Source: Octopus sinensis
Taxonomy: Eukaryota
Length of the DNA stretch: 64,000 nucleotides
NCBI RefSeq assembly: GCF_006345805.1
Contig: NC_043008.1
Location: 30,876,001-30,940,000, forward strand
Reading direction: 5' to 3'
Of the stretch, positions 40,545-53,960 are shown piece by piece. Numbering within the stretch: position 1 is the stretch's first letter; each line of letters begins with the position of its first letter. Position numbers and translations under genes: made by a program. The notes beneath the pieces are model-generated. The model saw only the letters and a list, made by a program, of their open reading frames with translations. It made no database searches and had not been told where the DNA came from.

Positions 40545-40686
40545 ATTTTGTTGAATTTTCTGCTTAAAATAAAGTATATATATATATATATATACATATT
40601 CATATATATATATACATATTCATATATATATATACATATTCATATATATATATACATATTCATATATATATATACATGTATATATG

Positions 40687-40717
<31 letters not shown>

Positions 40718-40884
40718 ATATGTATATATATACATATTCATATATATATATACACAAATACATATATATATGTATATATATATACATATTCATATATATA
40801 TGGATATGTGTATATATGCAAATGTATATATGTGTGTGTGTGTGTGTATGTGTGTGTATGTGTGTGTATGTATGTGAATAAGTG

Positions 40885-41203
40885 AGGGCGCGTGGCTTAG
40901 TGGTTAGGGCATTCGGCTCATGATCGTAAGGTTGTGGGTTCGATTCCCGGCGATGCGTTGTGTCCTTGAGCAAGACACTTTATTTCACGTTGCTCCAGTC
41001 CACTCAGCTGGCAAAAATGAGTTGTACTTGTATTTCAAAGGGTCAGCCTTGTCACTCTCTGTGTCACGCTGATTATCCCCGAGAACTACGTTAAGGGTAC
41101 ACGTGTCTGTGGAATGCTCAGCCATTTGCACGTTAATTTCACGAGCAAGCTGTTCCGTTGATCGTATCAGCTGGGACCCTCGTCGTCGTAACCGGCGGAG
41201 TCT
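40885..41203 (+). mobile_element. tRNA-derived SINE family C with intact Pol III boxes
   Basis: A box TGGCTTAGTGG and B box GGTTCGATTCC, followed by a ~250 bp non-tRNA body; diverged copy near 47445-47670. Confidence 0.85.
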
Positions 41204-41787
41204 TTAGATGTATGTGAATGTATACATATATATTCATTAGTTTATGTGCGTGTATATATAAGTACATGTATATATAAGTATATATAAGTGTATATATATA
41301 TAAGTATATATAAGTGTATATATAAGTATATGTATGTGTGTACGAGTGTATACATCCTATGCGCATATGAGTATGCGTGCATTTATGCCTCTACGTTTAT
41401 GAGTGGGTGGGTGTGTTGTACGTCATGTATAATCTCAAGTATTACATCGATACTGTAAAATGTACAAATCCTTCCCTTTCCATCTTTTTCTTCATTTTTT
41501 TTTTCTATTTCGTTTTTCATTATTCTTTCTTTTCCGTAAAAGCTAATTTTCTTTGGGCAAGTACTCATAAACTGCGAACGTAAAACTCTGGGCATACATA
41601 AATGCTGTATGTGTGTGTGTGTATGTGTGTGTGTGTGTGTGTGGGTATGTGTGTGTGTACATGTATATGTACACGTATATGTATTCATTTGTGTATATAT
41701 TCGTGCAATAATGTACAAATGCATGTGTAGTTATACACCTGTACATGAATGTATGTATATATGTGTGTATATATGTATATATACATA

Positions 41788-41880
<93 letters not shown>

Positions 41881-42021
41881 ATATACATGATTTATATACA
41901 TGATTGTATTTGTACCTATGTAAATATTTTTGTGTTTATTTCATGTAAAAAAATAAAACCTGTATAAATAATCTTTGTATTTTCGTTAAGATTCTCCCAT
42001 TTTTATTATCAGACCCACATC

Positions 42022-42066
<45 letters not shown>

Positions 42067-43810
42067 GCGTGCGCGCGTGTGTGTGCGTGTGCGTGCGCGC
42101 GTGTGTGGGGGTGAAAAATTCCATTTCCCAATTTTCATTCACAAAACATCGGTCAACATGGGGCTAGTGGAAAAGCAATCTATTTTATGTATAATGTCAC
42201 GCGTTGTATCAGATCTTGAACCAGTTTGTTGTGTAAGTGAACTTCGCTACCATTATGCCTCATATAGCCAAGCTAGCAATTCATATTTGAATAAGAAATA
42301 TTTTTTCGTGGTAACTGTCTTTTTTGTAATAAACTCGGGAAAATAATGACCGAAACGGAGAAAGAAATATTAAATGGACATTGTTTCTTTTTGGGTTTTT
42401 TCTCTCAATCACCATTACTTGAAGGTGTTGTCGTTCACAAAACCTTATCCTATTTTCCCATGTATTTCAACTGCTTCTCTTCGTGGTTCATACGTCAATC
42501 TAGGATTTTTATCATGGGAGACATTCAAGTTCAATACTAAAAGTTAATGGAAACACACATCGATTGAGTGTGCACCAGCTGACTGGAGCTATGGACCACG
42601 CTGAAATCAGTAGTATTTGTTCTTTACGATGTGATTTGAATCGAAGATCGTAAAGTGCCTTTGCAGGAGAAATAATGCAATATACATGATGAGATACAGA
42701 TTACCAATTTTTCAGCAAGCTATCAAAGTCAGCAAAAACAAAACTGTTTACCATTGAGCAAGATACAAATCTGTTGCTAAGTTATAAGGTTTCATTTTAT
42801 TTATTTTTTTTTTTGTAGAGGCAGAAAAATTGAGAACGCAGGTCATTCGTGTGTTCTTTCAAGTCAAATACACCTCAGCTTAAATAGCGAAAAATCATAA
42901 TAATAAACTAATGCATTATTTAAATGACCGGGCATTATTGTACAAATATTTTACTGAATTAGGACAAGAGATTTCAAATAAATTTTATTGAAATAGATGG
43001 AAAACCTCCTGAGTAATATTTGAACAAAAGTACATAATTTTTTTGATATAAATGTGTAAGAAAAATAGTGTATTTGGATTAAATTTCGAATAGTTTATGA
43101 GATAGAGAGAGGGAGAAGACAAAACAGATATTACAAACGAAAAAAGAAAAATATTCACAAAAAATCTTTCTCGATATAGAAATGCTTTCTAATGCTAATT
43201 GAAAATTAATATATGCGAGCCATCATGGCTTCAAAGTAATGTATTGTGACGCATATGAGATTCCATATCGATGGAACATTAAAAAATAGTTAATATTTTG
43301 AATTGATAATTCTGATGCAGATAGAACAAAAATACCGAAGTAATGAGAGATTGGGCTTTGACATTCACCAAGGTCATTACAAGAAGAATTTTATTTTTTT
43401 TAATTTTCCGAGATCAGCTTGTTCCGTCTCTATTTCTTTAGGGGATTCTTCATTCAAACAATGAATGCATTTTAATAAAAATTTCTTGAGAATTTGCGAT
43501 TACTAGAACCTGCTGACCAGCAAAGGTGAAAAGACCGAGACAGAAAGGAGGAGAGGAAGAGGGGAGAGAGAGAGAGAGAGAGAGAGTAAAGGGAAGATAG
43601 AAACTAAGCATGAATTGCAATATGGAGGAGCGGTTCATTTCCTAAGCAGATAATTTTAGGTTCGATCCCATTATGATACACCTTGAATAACTGTATTCTA
43701 CCATTCTGAAAGGTGCAAAATGTTTTGCAGAAGCTATTATAAAATGTACACCAGCTCTTCTCATACACGTACACGTAACTGCACACACATATAACATATA
43801 TATGTGAGTG

Positions 43811-43872
<62 letters not shown>

Positions 43873-44226
43873 CATACATACATACATATATGTATATGTA
43901 TGTATTGTCTATACATAAATATACATACGCCATATAAAATTAGTGTACATTTAAACACAAGAGAAGCAGCCTATAACCAGCATCCTTACACGCAAGAAGA
44001 AGCAGTCAAAACTACAAAAACCACATTTAAGGCAAATTTCGAAGGGAATGAAAAATAAAGACTTTTACCTTGTTTTTTTTACAGCCAAACATACATACAT
44101 ATATATGCCTTTAGGTATATGTTTATACTCATATATCCGTCCATATATATTTATGCATACACTTTATACGCACCTACGCACATACATACATACATACATA
44201 CATACATACATACATACATACATACA

Positions 44227-44260
<34 letters not shown>

Positions 44261-44589
44261 CATACATACATTACGTGCATACATACATTTATGTCTGCAT
44301 AGATATGTGTGTGACTGTGTGTGTTTTCTTGCTTATTTTCCAAATTTGTTCCCAATAGATTAAGAGCCAGTTTCTAAAATAGAAACAGGATTCTCTCGTT
44401 GGAATTTAGAAAACGTTAGCTATGCAGTCCGGCATAAATGTAATTATGTATTTTTGCATGTATATCAGTGTGCATGTAATCATGTAAATATAGATATGTA
44501 TGCGTGCACATTTACCTGTGACCAAGTATAGATTGCATGTAAGTTTTTTATATATTTTAAGACGTATTTGCATGCCTACATGTGTATAT

Positions 44590-46250
44590 ATTCACTTATA
44601 CGCTAAAAATCTGGAAAGCTTTGCTCATTTACACAACTCCATCAATGATTTGTAACTCTAATTTCCAAACTAGCTGCGTTCCTTCTGCTTTTATGAAACC
44701 CAGTTCCTCTAGAACGTTGCTGAGACAGTTACACACATATCCAAGAGCCTCAGTAATTACAGATGTAAATCTAAATACATAATTCGAATGAAGTAACTAC
44801 ACATTTCACATTCGTTCGACACAGATGCATTTTTACCATTATGTAAACATATTACGAGCAGCGGTTGACAACAATAAACGTTTCCTAGAATCCCTGATGA
44901 TTACGTCTGGTGTATTTTACTCGAAATTTATCGAGGCTCTCCACCTGTGTTCTTCCATATGAATGTTTATGCTCCCCACATCACTGTAACTTCCATAATA
45001 TTGTCATCAAAACTATACTTTCCGTGGATTGATATTTTTAAGCTTATCTCTATAGATTCTCTTGGTATATCCAATTGCGTTACACCGCTAAATTTCGTGG
45101 TTTTTGAGCAAAGTGTTCGTGGATGGTTAATGGATTGGGTGTGGTACTGAAGAAGAAGCAATAACTCCTGAAATATGCATATACACCCATTATCTTCCAT
45201 TACATTGTTTACATAGACATATTCCTACACGAAGCGCCGTAACTTTCAGTACCGAAATCTGTTGAAGTATTTTAAAACAATTATTGAATCGCACTGCTAA
45301 CACAGGTAGGACACAGTATTAATATACTTGATAGTATATTATGATTGCATAATGAAATATGGTACCCCTACCAGAAATTAATATGTACAACACTTTGGCC
45401 ACGACCCCATATCTCCTAGGGTCGATTATTTGGGGACATTTTCGCACATCTTATATTTGGGTGACATCGTCATTGTTGATACAAGTGGAATTCGCATCCC
45501 TACATCAGATATTTCGTTAATATTTTTTGTTTACAGAAATATAGTCATGTTTTACAGAAGCACACCTTTCAAATTCAGAGCTAATATCCCAGTGGCTTAT
45601 CCCACATAAGCAACATTGTTATTTATGCTGCAGTAACTTTGAAGCTGCCTCCCAGAGTAACCATATATGACCTTCAACTAATATGCATACTGTTTTCCAG
45701 TTGATGACCCGTTACGGTAGAGCTGTGCAACTGCTCTGGGTGTGTATTCTTTATCAAGTGATACTCTCCAAGGATCTTCTTTCTAACTCACGTGATGCTA
45801 TCGAACTCATGTCAGCAGACTTGATTCGAGGATTCTTTGGCAGTTAGTTGTTCGTAAGTGTTGTCGAATGGTTACGATTCGATATTCAATGTCCCTTTGA
45901 ATCCTCCCTTTAAATATATGTGATTTTTATCACAATTGATGTGGCAACTTCTAATGTTGGTTTGAGAGGTTCATCAACAATGCTTTGGATTTCATTAAGA
46001 CTCCAACTGAATAACCCAGACTTTGATAATAGTAGTATCACGCCAAACATACTAAGGTTTACTGATTTATTAAATGAAGTCGCACCATAATGTTGTATTC
46101 TCTGGTTAAGTATTTCTTGTTACACGTTACATTATTGGATATACAGCCAATGCTATAACTTGTAGCTTTCCTACATACCTGCACCATTCCTCATCAGAAA
46201 CTGGGAAAATAATCAGGCCATTTATCGAGATGGTGCTAGACTGGCTTGTA
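44590..46250 (-). mobile_element. Non-LTR retrotransposon fossil with C-terminal restriction-like endonuclease (R4/Dong-like group)
   Basis: Broken minus frames give EYRIVTIRQHL, DDVTQI...CAKMS...VVAKVLY (decayed CCHC), NTPDVIIRDSRKR (PD motif), RFTSVITEALGYVCNCLSNVLEELGF. Confidence 0.7.
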
Positions 46251-46346
46251 GTTCTTTCCTGCTTAGAAATGTGCTCCTACCAAGTCTCTTCTTCGTACTA
46301 TTCCTGTTCTTTGCATATATTATCTAATTGTCCAAACTGAAACAAT

Positions 46347-47038
46347 GTACATATACAAATATATACATACGTGCATTGACACACAAGCATGCACAGATAA
46401 AAATACACATATGCACATACATTTATACAATTATGCATACACATGTATGCATACATTCTATAAGGTCTAGAAGAGCGGAGGAATGCATTTTGGAGTTAGT
46501 CACAGTCTGATTGGTTTACAAGAAAACATTAGATCCTGTTCTCCACTTGTGTATGTTAGAGTTCCTTAACTTACTAAATTCCAGAGATAATGCTCTATTC
46601 CACAAAAGACATGATGCAACATTCAGAAAATCTCAGCAAAAAAGATAAGAGATTCACTAGAAGTATAAACCGCATCACAAAAGGGCTGCTGTTTCTTTGC
46701 AATATTTTATCCTGTCAGTGACAATAGAACCACTTCTAATTCAAATACATTATGGCGGCTTAGAATGAAGTCGTGTCTTTTGTGGAATAGAGCATTATCT
46801 CTGGAATTTAGTAAGTTAAAGAACTCTAACATACACAAGTGGGGAACAGGGTCTAATGATTTCTTGTAAACCAATCAGACTGTTACTAACTCCAAAATGC
46901 ATTCCTCCGCTCTTCTAGACCTTATAGAATGTATGCATGTATGTGTATGTATAATTGTATAACTGTATGTGCATATGTGTATTTTTATCTGTGCATGCTT
47001 GTGTGTCAATGCACGTATGTCTATACTTGTATATGTAC
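46347..47038. repeat. Long inverted repeat, 268-bp arms and 156-bp spacer
   Basis: 46347-46614 versus 46771-47038 align without indels, about 12 mismatches by manual count. Confidence 0.95.
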
Positions 47039-47844
47039 TATTACGTGAATATATGTTTGTATGCATATTTGTATTTATCTGTGCATGTGTGTATCAGTGT
47101 ACGTATTATGTGAGTATGCATTTATGCATATATGCACGTATAAATGTATGTATGCATGAACGTGCGTATGTATGTATGTATGTATGTATGTATGTATGTA
47201 TGTATATGTTGTTGACGGATGCAAAATATTTGTGAAAAACCGATGCGCTTTGAATGAAGTCCTTTGCGAGAAAAAAATCATTTTTTACCGATTTGCAGTA
47301 ACACATTCTTGTCAATGGTCGTCAGAAGTGCAGTCAACAGGGATCATCCCGTTCGAAACTTACTATTCATTGTTGGTGATTTAAAATAAATTATCCACAA
47401 CATAAGTACGTTAACCATCCCAGCTGCTCTCCTGGAGAATAATTGTAGTTGAGGCTGAGAGACTGAGTAGTTTGCTACGCGACCATGAACTCCCTCGATT
47501 CCAATGTGTAGTATCCTGAACAAGAATTTTTAAGGCCGCTATTTTACCTGAGAATCACATTAAGGGTACATGTTTCGGTGGAATGCTCAGCCATTTCTGA
47601 TAATTTAATGAGTTGGTCGTTCAGTTAATCGATAGCCTAGACATTCATATTTTGAACTCGTTAAGAGTGTCCATCATTCCAGTAGAGAGATCACATTATA
47701 TAAACTTAAATTGTCGAAATAGCAAACAAAACATGTAAAGAAGGGAATCTTTGCATGGTTGACTGTTCTGTTAGAAATAGCTCTTTTAAATTACCCGTTA
47801 CAGTCTTTCAAATACAGAGAATATATGTTAGATAATTCTTTCAA

Positions 47845-48050
47845 ATTTTGGCTCATGGCCCACAATTTTAAGGGTAGGAGTAGTCGATTACATCGGCCCC
47901 GGTACATAGCTGGTACTTTATTTTATCAAGAATGAAACGAGAAATTGACCTCGGAGGAATGTGATCTCAGCACATGAAAACCCGAAATTAACGCCACTAA
48001 GCATTTTGTCTAATGTGCTAACGAATCTGTCAGTCGCCGGCCTTCATATT
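47845..48050 (-). mobile_element. SINE family B, diverged copy
   Basis: GTCGATTACATCGGCCCC...GACCTCGGAGGAAT...AAGCATTT. Confidence 0.7.
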
Positions 48051-48699
48051 TATTAGATAATTATGACCCAGATATACTGTCTGGGAAAAATGCCAGTATA
48101 GTCATGGTGAGAATATCTTACGGAATAAATCTGCTTTGTCTAAGTTGAGATGGACTTAAACAACAAACAAACATACATGAAATACAAATCAGCTGCGAGA
48201 GGAGCAATATTCTGATAAGTCATTCATTTCCTTTTTGTAGTCTTAGTGATTTTAAAAGTTTGTTTGGAGGAATGTAAAATAGTCGATGATGATGATCCCA
48301 ATTCTTGACTAATACATTAGCTGTTTGAGAAGATGAAGGAATGAAACCCAAAGTTCATCTACCCGCCAGGATTTGAATTCAGAGAGCAAAGGGCCGTCAC
48401 TAAAGAACTATTTTTTACGAAAGTTGTTCATATTTGATCAACCGCCACACATCTGTTGTACTAAGTGTTCTCACTGACAACCCAGATTCGTTGCTGATTG
48501 TCATTAAAGCATATAATTAATTTAACATAAGGATGATAAATTAATTGCTTCTCGTAAGCTCCTTTGATGTTGTGATTACAGTATATAATTATGATCAATC
48601 TAACGTTAAGATTGATAAAGTATTGGCTTTTTGTTATGATCCTAACCTGACATCAATCTCAAGTTGCTCTCATGGGACTACTGTCATTATTGTTATTGT

Positions 48700-48852
48700 T
48701 GTCGTTGTTGCTGCTGTTGTTGTTGTTGTTGACGATGATGATGATGATGATGAGGAGGAGGAGGAGGAGGTGGAGGAGGAGGTGGAGGAGGAGGAGGTGG
48801 AGGTGGAGGAGGTGGAGGAGGATTATGATGTCGTCGTCGTCGTCGTTGTTGT
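48700..48852. repeat. Compound (GTT)(GAT)(GAG)(GTC) trinucleotide tract
   Basis: Direct reading. Confidence 0.85.
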
Positions 48853-50580
48853 TAATATCTGGCCCGTCCTCAATTCAGCCCTTATTGGGAAGATTCATGC
48901 TCAAAATCATTGTCTCCGTTACCAACTCGAATGAATTATCTAGAGCAACTTTATCCAACATAAAGTCTATAGATAATCATTTTGAAGATTTGCCTTCTGC
49001 TTTAATAAATCCAATGATTTCGTAGTGGATCTCATGTTAATTCATGGAACTGGAGTTGTAATGTCCTGAGTATAGGGCTAAATATATTTTGACCGTAGAA
49101 GCAGTAGAAAACAGAAAGGAACTGCTTCTTCAGTGTGAGTGTTTACCTTCCTGACGAGTGAACATTTTTTGTTGGTTTTAATGACGACTAACTCCAAGCT
49201 GGCCCTAATCGAGTGGACGTATTACCAAAGGCATTCAATGCATCATCATCCCAACTTTATTCAGGATTTGTATCACTCAGATTATCTCGTGTTTAAGATA
49301 ATAGTGTATGATTTTAAAACTGACTTGACTGTAAATTCTATGAGGTCATACTTTGACTTGTTTGAATAGCTTAAAGCAACTATTTGTTCGAGGTCGATAC
49401 AACGAGTAGGCTGAAAAACATTTAACCATATACGCATACAGAAATAGCACGAGATTTAACCAAGACCATATAATGTACTGTAAACGTGTTTTTACATTTT
49501 TTTTCCGCTTGCAAAGAGTGAACGATCTAATTTTAGTTTGTACCTTTATCGGGATCATTTTATACATTTTGTTCTAGCAATGGAGAAATACGTAATTGAT
49601 GGTTTTATAAGCCCACCAAATATGAACTAATTCAGTTCAGATACTAAACAATGCAATAAGAGTGAAAACTCAAGTCAGAAAGTTACTTTTTCTGTCCACC
49701 TGATAATGTATTCACTTATGTATTATATAGCTTCAGTTAAATTTTGTACGCTCTCTGTGCGTTTAGATATCTATCATAGATATCAGCTGCTAAATACGTA
49801 GCTTAGTATTTAATTATATTATTTTTCATTAATCGAGGAATAACTGGATTATATTGTTTACTTCTTATGCAAGTTTATTTTTTTATTAGTTACACATATA
49901 ATGATGGTCAATTACTGGAATACTTTAATAGTAACTCGTATGATTAAAGAAAGATTGTAGCTTAATCTCTAATTTTCTTTGCTCAGACATTATGTTAGAT
50001 ATCCATCTTTATCAGAGACTGGAGTACCAGAAAAGCGAATTTACAGAGTCGGTCATAAATCCTGCAGAATGTATTGCGGTATTTCTTCGGCTCGTCTCGT
50101 TCTGGGTTCAAATACCACCGAAGACAACTTTGCCTTACACTTCTCCAAGATTAATAAAATAATGTACGAGTCTAGCTAAACAGATAAATCGTTAGACACA
50201 GTGCCTTAAAGCATTTATGCACGCTTTTTTCTATCTTGCCGATCTAGTTGACTAGAAGATGTGTCTTTAAAAAATCACGAAAGTACACAGTGGAAAACAA
50301 CAATTGCATTTTCCCGTTAAAATTGTACTTGTGCACATAGGTCTTGTCGAGAAGGTTACCAAAGATTGTGCACATTCTATTGGCTCAGAAAGGAAAGGAG
50401 AAACACCAGAAGATTGATAACACTTTAAATAGGTTTGGAAAAAACCTCATTTAGTATTACACTTCTGTTTTCACGTGTTGATTTTATGTTGATCTTGTTT
50501 AGCACCAGTTCAGCTTGATCAAACAGATGTACAGTGAACGTTACTTCAGTTATATTCATATATACATAAAATATACGTAC

Positions 50581-50615
<35 letters not shown>

Positions 50616-50634
50616 GTGTGTGTGTGTGTGTGTG

Positions 50635-50667
<33 letters not shown>

Positions 50668-50704
50668 TGTGTGTGTGCGTGCGTATACAAATGTACATAT
50701 GCAT

Positions 50705-50750
<46 letters not shown>

Positions 50751-50752
<2 letters not shown>

Positions 50753-51122
50753 CTTACCAACCACAGCCCCATTGTGTGGCACCTTGGGCAAGTGTCTTCT
50801 ACTATAGCCTCGGGCCGACCAAAGCCTTGTGAGTGAATTTGGTAGATGGAAATTGGAAGAATCCCGTCGTATATGTATATATATATACATATATATGTAT
50901 ATGTATATGTATGTATATATTTGTGTGTCCGTGTTTGTCCCCCCAACATTGTTGACAACCGATGCTGATGTATTTACGTCCCCGTAATCTAGCGGTTCGG
51001 CAAAAGAAACCGATAGAATAAGTACTAGGCTTACAAAGAATAAGCTCTGAGATCGATTTGCTCGACTAAAGGCGGTGCTCCAGCATGGCCGCAGTCTAAT
51101 GACTGAAACAAGTAAAAGAGAG
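50751..51122 (+). mobile_element. SINE family A with head truncated by (GATA)n
   Basis: Collinear with 784-1189 from GCTTACCAACCAC onward. Confidence 0.85.
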
Positions 51123-51199
51123 TATATATATATATAGCTATATATATATATATATGCTATATATAGATACTTACATACATATATATTTATATATATTGC

Positions 51200-51242
<43 letters not shown>

Positions 51243-51268
51243 ATATATATATATAAATATATATATAT

Positions 51269-51303
<35 letters not shown>

Positions 51304-51899
51304 AGCATATATATATACATACATATATATATACATATACCATGTGATTTGAGGAACATTTAGGAAAATGAACCACTAAATAAAGGTTACCATGTTAATC
51401 CGTGTAGCTCTTATCGTTTCATTACGAGTAGTTAATTATCCTATGAGTGGTGGCTTTTAAACACTGCCAAAACAGCGTGGTATTAATTACAAAAGCAAAC
51501 GGACAAAGTAGAAGTTTCTCAGAAATGCAGTTTTTTAATGAAAACATTTGTTACGAGATCTGAAAGATACATGGTGAGGTGAGAGCAGATTTAAGAGAGA
51601 AAATTGTAGTTTGAACAGTTTTAAACAAGTACAAATGTAACAAAAGAGACAGTCAAGGAAAACATTTTATTGGATTAATGTTTGAGCGAGCAAGTTACGA
51701 GGTCTGGGAGGTGAGGAAAGGTCATAAGTGAATATATGATAGGTGAACCAATCTAGTGGGTATTAGTCTAAAATAAAGATTGATGAGTTAATTATTTTAG
51801 GTCAGCTCGGAGGCACGTATGATGAGGTGTTATATAACCATTACAATATAAGATGATGCTTTTTCTCACCTTTATTTTTTTCCTTTTATTTTTTTATAG

Positions 51900-51926
51900 G
51901 TGGAGAGGAGGGAAATATTTACTGAT
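51900..51926 (+). CDS. Candidate 27-nt microexon (VERREIFTD or WRGGKYLL frame)
   Basis: ~35-nt pyrimidine tract ending TATAG at 51899 and GTAAGT at 51927; length divisible by 3; no homology recognised. Confidence 0.25.
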
Positions 51927-52869
51927 GTAAGTGCTGTTGATAGATTTAACTTAAGCACAAAGAATATAGAGATGCAATTATTTCAGTTAATCTTCTCTAA
52001 ATAGGTATATCACTCGGTGTCGGAGTAATCAGTGACAAGGAAGACATTAATACTTGAAGTCTTACAATTAGAGTGACTTATATTCAGATATTAGGAACTT
52101 AAGAGCAGACGATTAGCTTCTGATATAAAATCAATGCAAAGCGCAAGCGGCGCGTGCTTAATTGTATTTTGCAAATATTGGCCACATTAAAGAGATCGAT
52201 AAATATAATTACTCTCCTCTTACTTTGCTGTGTGTTTGAACAGGTGAAAATTAGCTTCTCTTTATTTATATATTCTATTTACTTTTTCACGTTTGATTTA
52301 TTTTAGTGTATTCATTTGCTGGTTTGTTTATTTGTGTGTTTGTTTGTTCGTTTATTTTGTTGACCATCAAAGACTAACCTAAAATTAAACTAGCCTGCCT
52401 GCTGTTTACGAAAATATTGATTTCTGGCATAGGCATAAGGCCAATTTTTATAGAAGCTGTGTACAGTTGATACAATATTGCCAGTTTATATTTAATATGA
52501 TTCAAATTCCTGAGGAATGGGAAACGAAGTTGACCGTGACGGTTTTTGAACTTAGAACATAGACGGGCAGGAATCAAACGTTCTAATGTATTCAAGGTAA
52601 AACATTGGTTTCTTTTACATGAAGCAGAAAACACGACAGTAAAACAGATGCTTTACGTTTTCGAGGGATGTGAGTATTATAAACTCCAGCTATTCTTGAC
52701 ACTTCACAGTTTCATGGTTTCGAGTTTGATTCCACAGTAGGATACCTTCTACTCTAGCGAGGTATCGACCAGAGCTATTATTTATAGGTTAATAGTTGAT
52801 GATTTATTTCATTGCTATTCTAAGTTTTACCCACGTAAATTATGGGTATAACCTTCCATACGAGGTCTC

Positions 52870-53960
52870 TTCAATTGTGAAAGGTAGTTACATAGCAGCA
52901 ATGAAAAATATTGCAAGCCAGAATAAAACTGAACTTAGATAATGTAAGGAAATTCCTCAGTGTTGTTTGTGAGATCTGAAATCTATGATGTTATGTTGTA
53001 TTAGCTGGGGAATCAGATCACAAAACATTTTCCTGGTGAAAACTCTTCCAATGATGGCAGTAAGACAATATTTCAGATCTTTTCAGTAATATTGATAGCC
53101 CTTTAAGTATATGCAACCATTGAGTTAGGGAGTCAGCAATTTGTCAATTCATTAAAGTATTGTTCAGCTTAACCAACAACAATCCAAGTTATTGGCGGGC
53201 ATTCGTGTCTTTGGTCCCTGAGTTTCCAGATGAATTCGAGCAGGAAAGTAGAATGTATCCTGCTTCTTTACCTCAGCGATTGAAAATCCTGATGATAATC
53301 TTTAAAATCGTTAGTTCCGTATAATTCCTTTCAATCTTAATGAGGGGTACTACAGATACTCGATATATAATTTCTTAGCAAAGATAAGATCTGAGTGGCC
53401 AATTGGGTTGTTGTTTTCGACAGTACAGCTAGATTGTTCGGGCAGAGACTACGTAACTACACGATCTAGTGTGTTGTTTGTGATCCAGTCTAATATTAAT
53501 GTTGTGAATATTGAAAGGCTTAATACATTTCTGCGTTGGTGGAAAGTGTTACCTTAATGATGCTATGAAATTGATGGCTATATTTGTGATTACGTCCATT
53601 TTATGTTGTAAATTAAACAATATTATCTTGAGTTCTCCTTTGATGAGGGGTCGATCAAATATCCTCCATTTAAACTTACTTCTACATGGTACTACACCCA
53701 GCTAGCGTCATCTCAAAATATAGAAGGGCCTTATGAAAGAAATTCCTGTCACGGGATAGACCGAAGACTCTTGTATATGTAGACTGACTACAAGGTTCTT
53801 CATTGACAGGCAGTTTATAAAGGACGTTGGCGTCCTTCATTAATGTTGCTTATTTGAGAAGGAAGATGGAAAGGAAAGGTAAATATCGAACAAGTACAGT
53901 TTCGTTTTGAACCAGCTTTTCCTGATCGATTAAACCTCTGCTTAGTAAGTTAAGTTTGGC
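52870..53960 (-). mobile_element. CR1/L2-like LINE APE endonuclease fossil
   Basis: Minus frame TNNTLDRVVT...NPIGHSDLIFAK at ~53375-53505 resembles the APE C-terminal xLDxxx...SDH motifs. Confidence 0.45.

Larger units (their letters stand above)
40338..40574. mobile_element. Penelope-pLTR-like cassette ending in a loopless palindrome, inserted in (TA)n
   Basis: 40420-40498 is mirrored by 40499-40574 about the centre TTTTTGCT|AGCAAAAA, with one mismatch and one 3-nt indel; (TA)n on both sides. Confidence 0.8.

Noticed and set aside
40885-40960. tRNA gene
   Set aside because: A and B boxes are present but there is no acceptor-stem closure and it continues into a SINE body; the same applies to 61680-61754.
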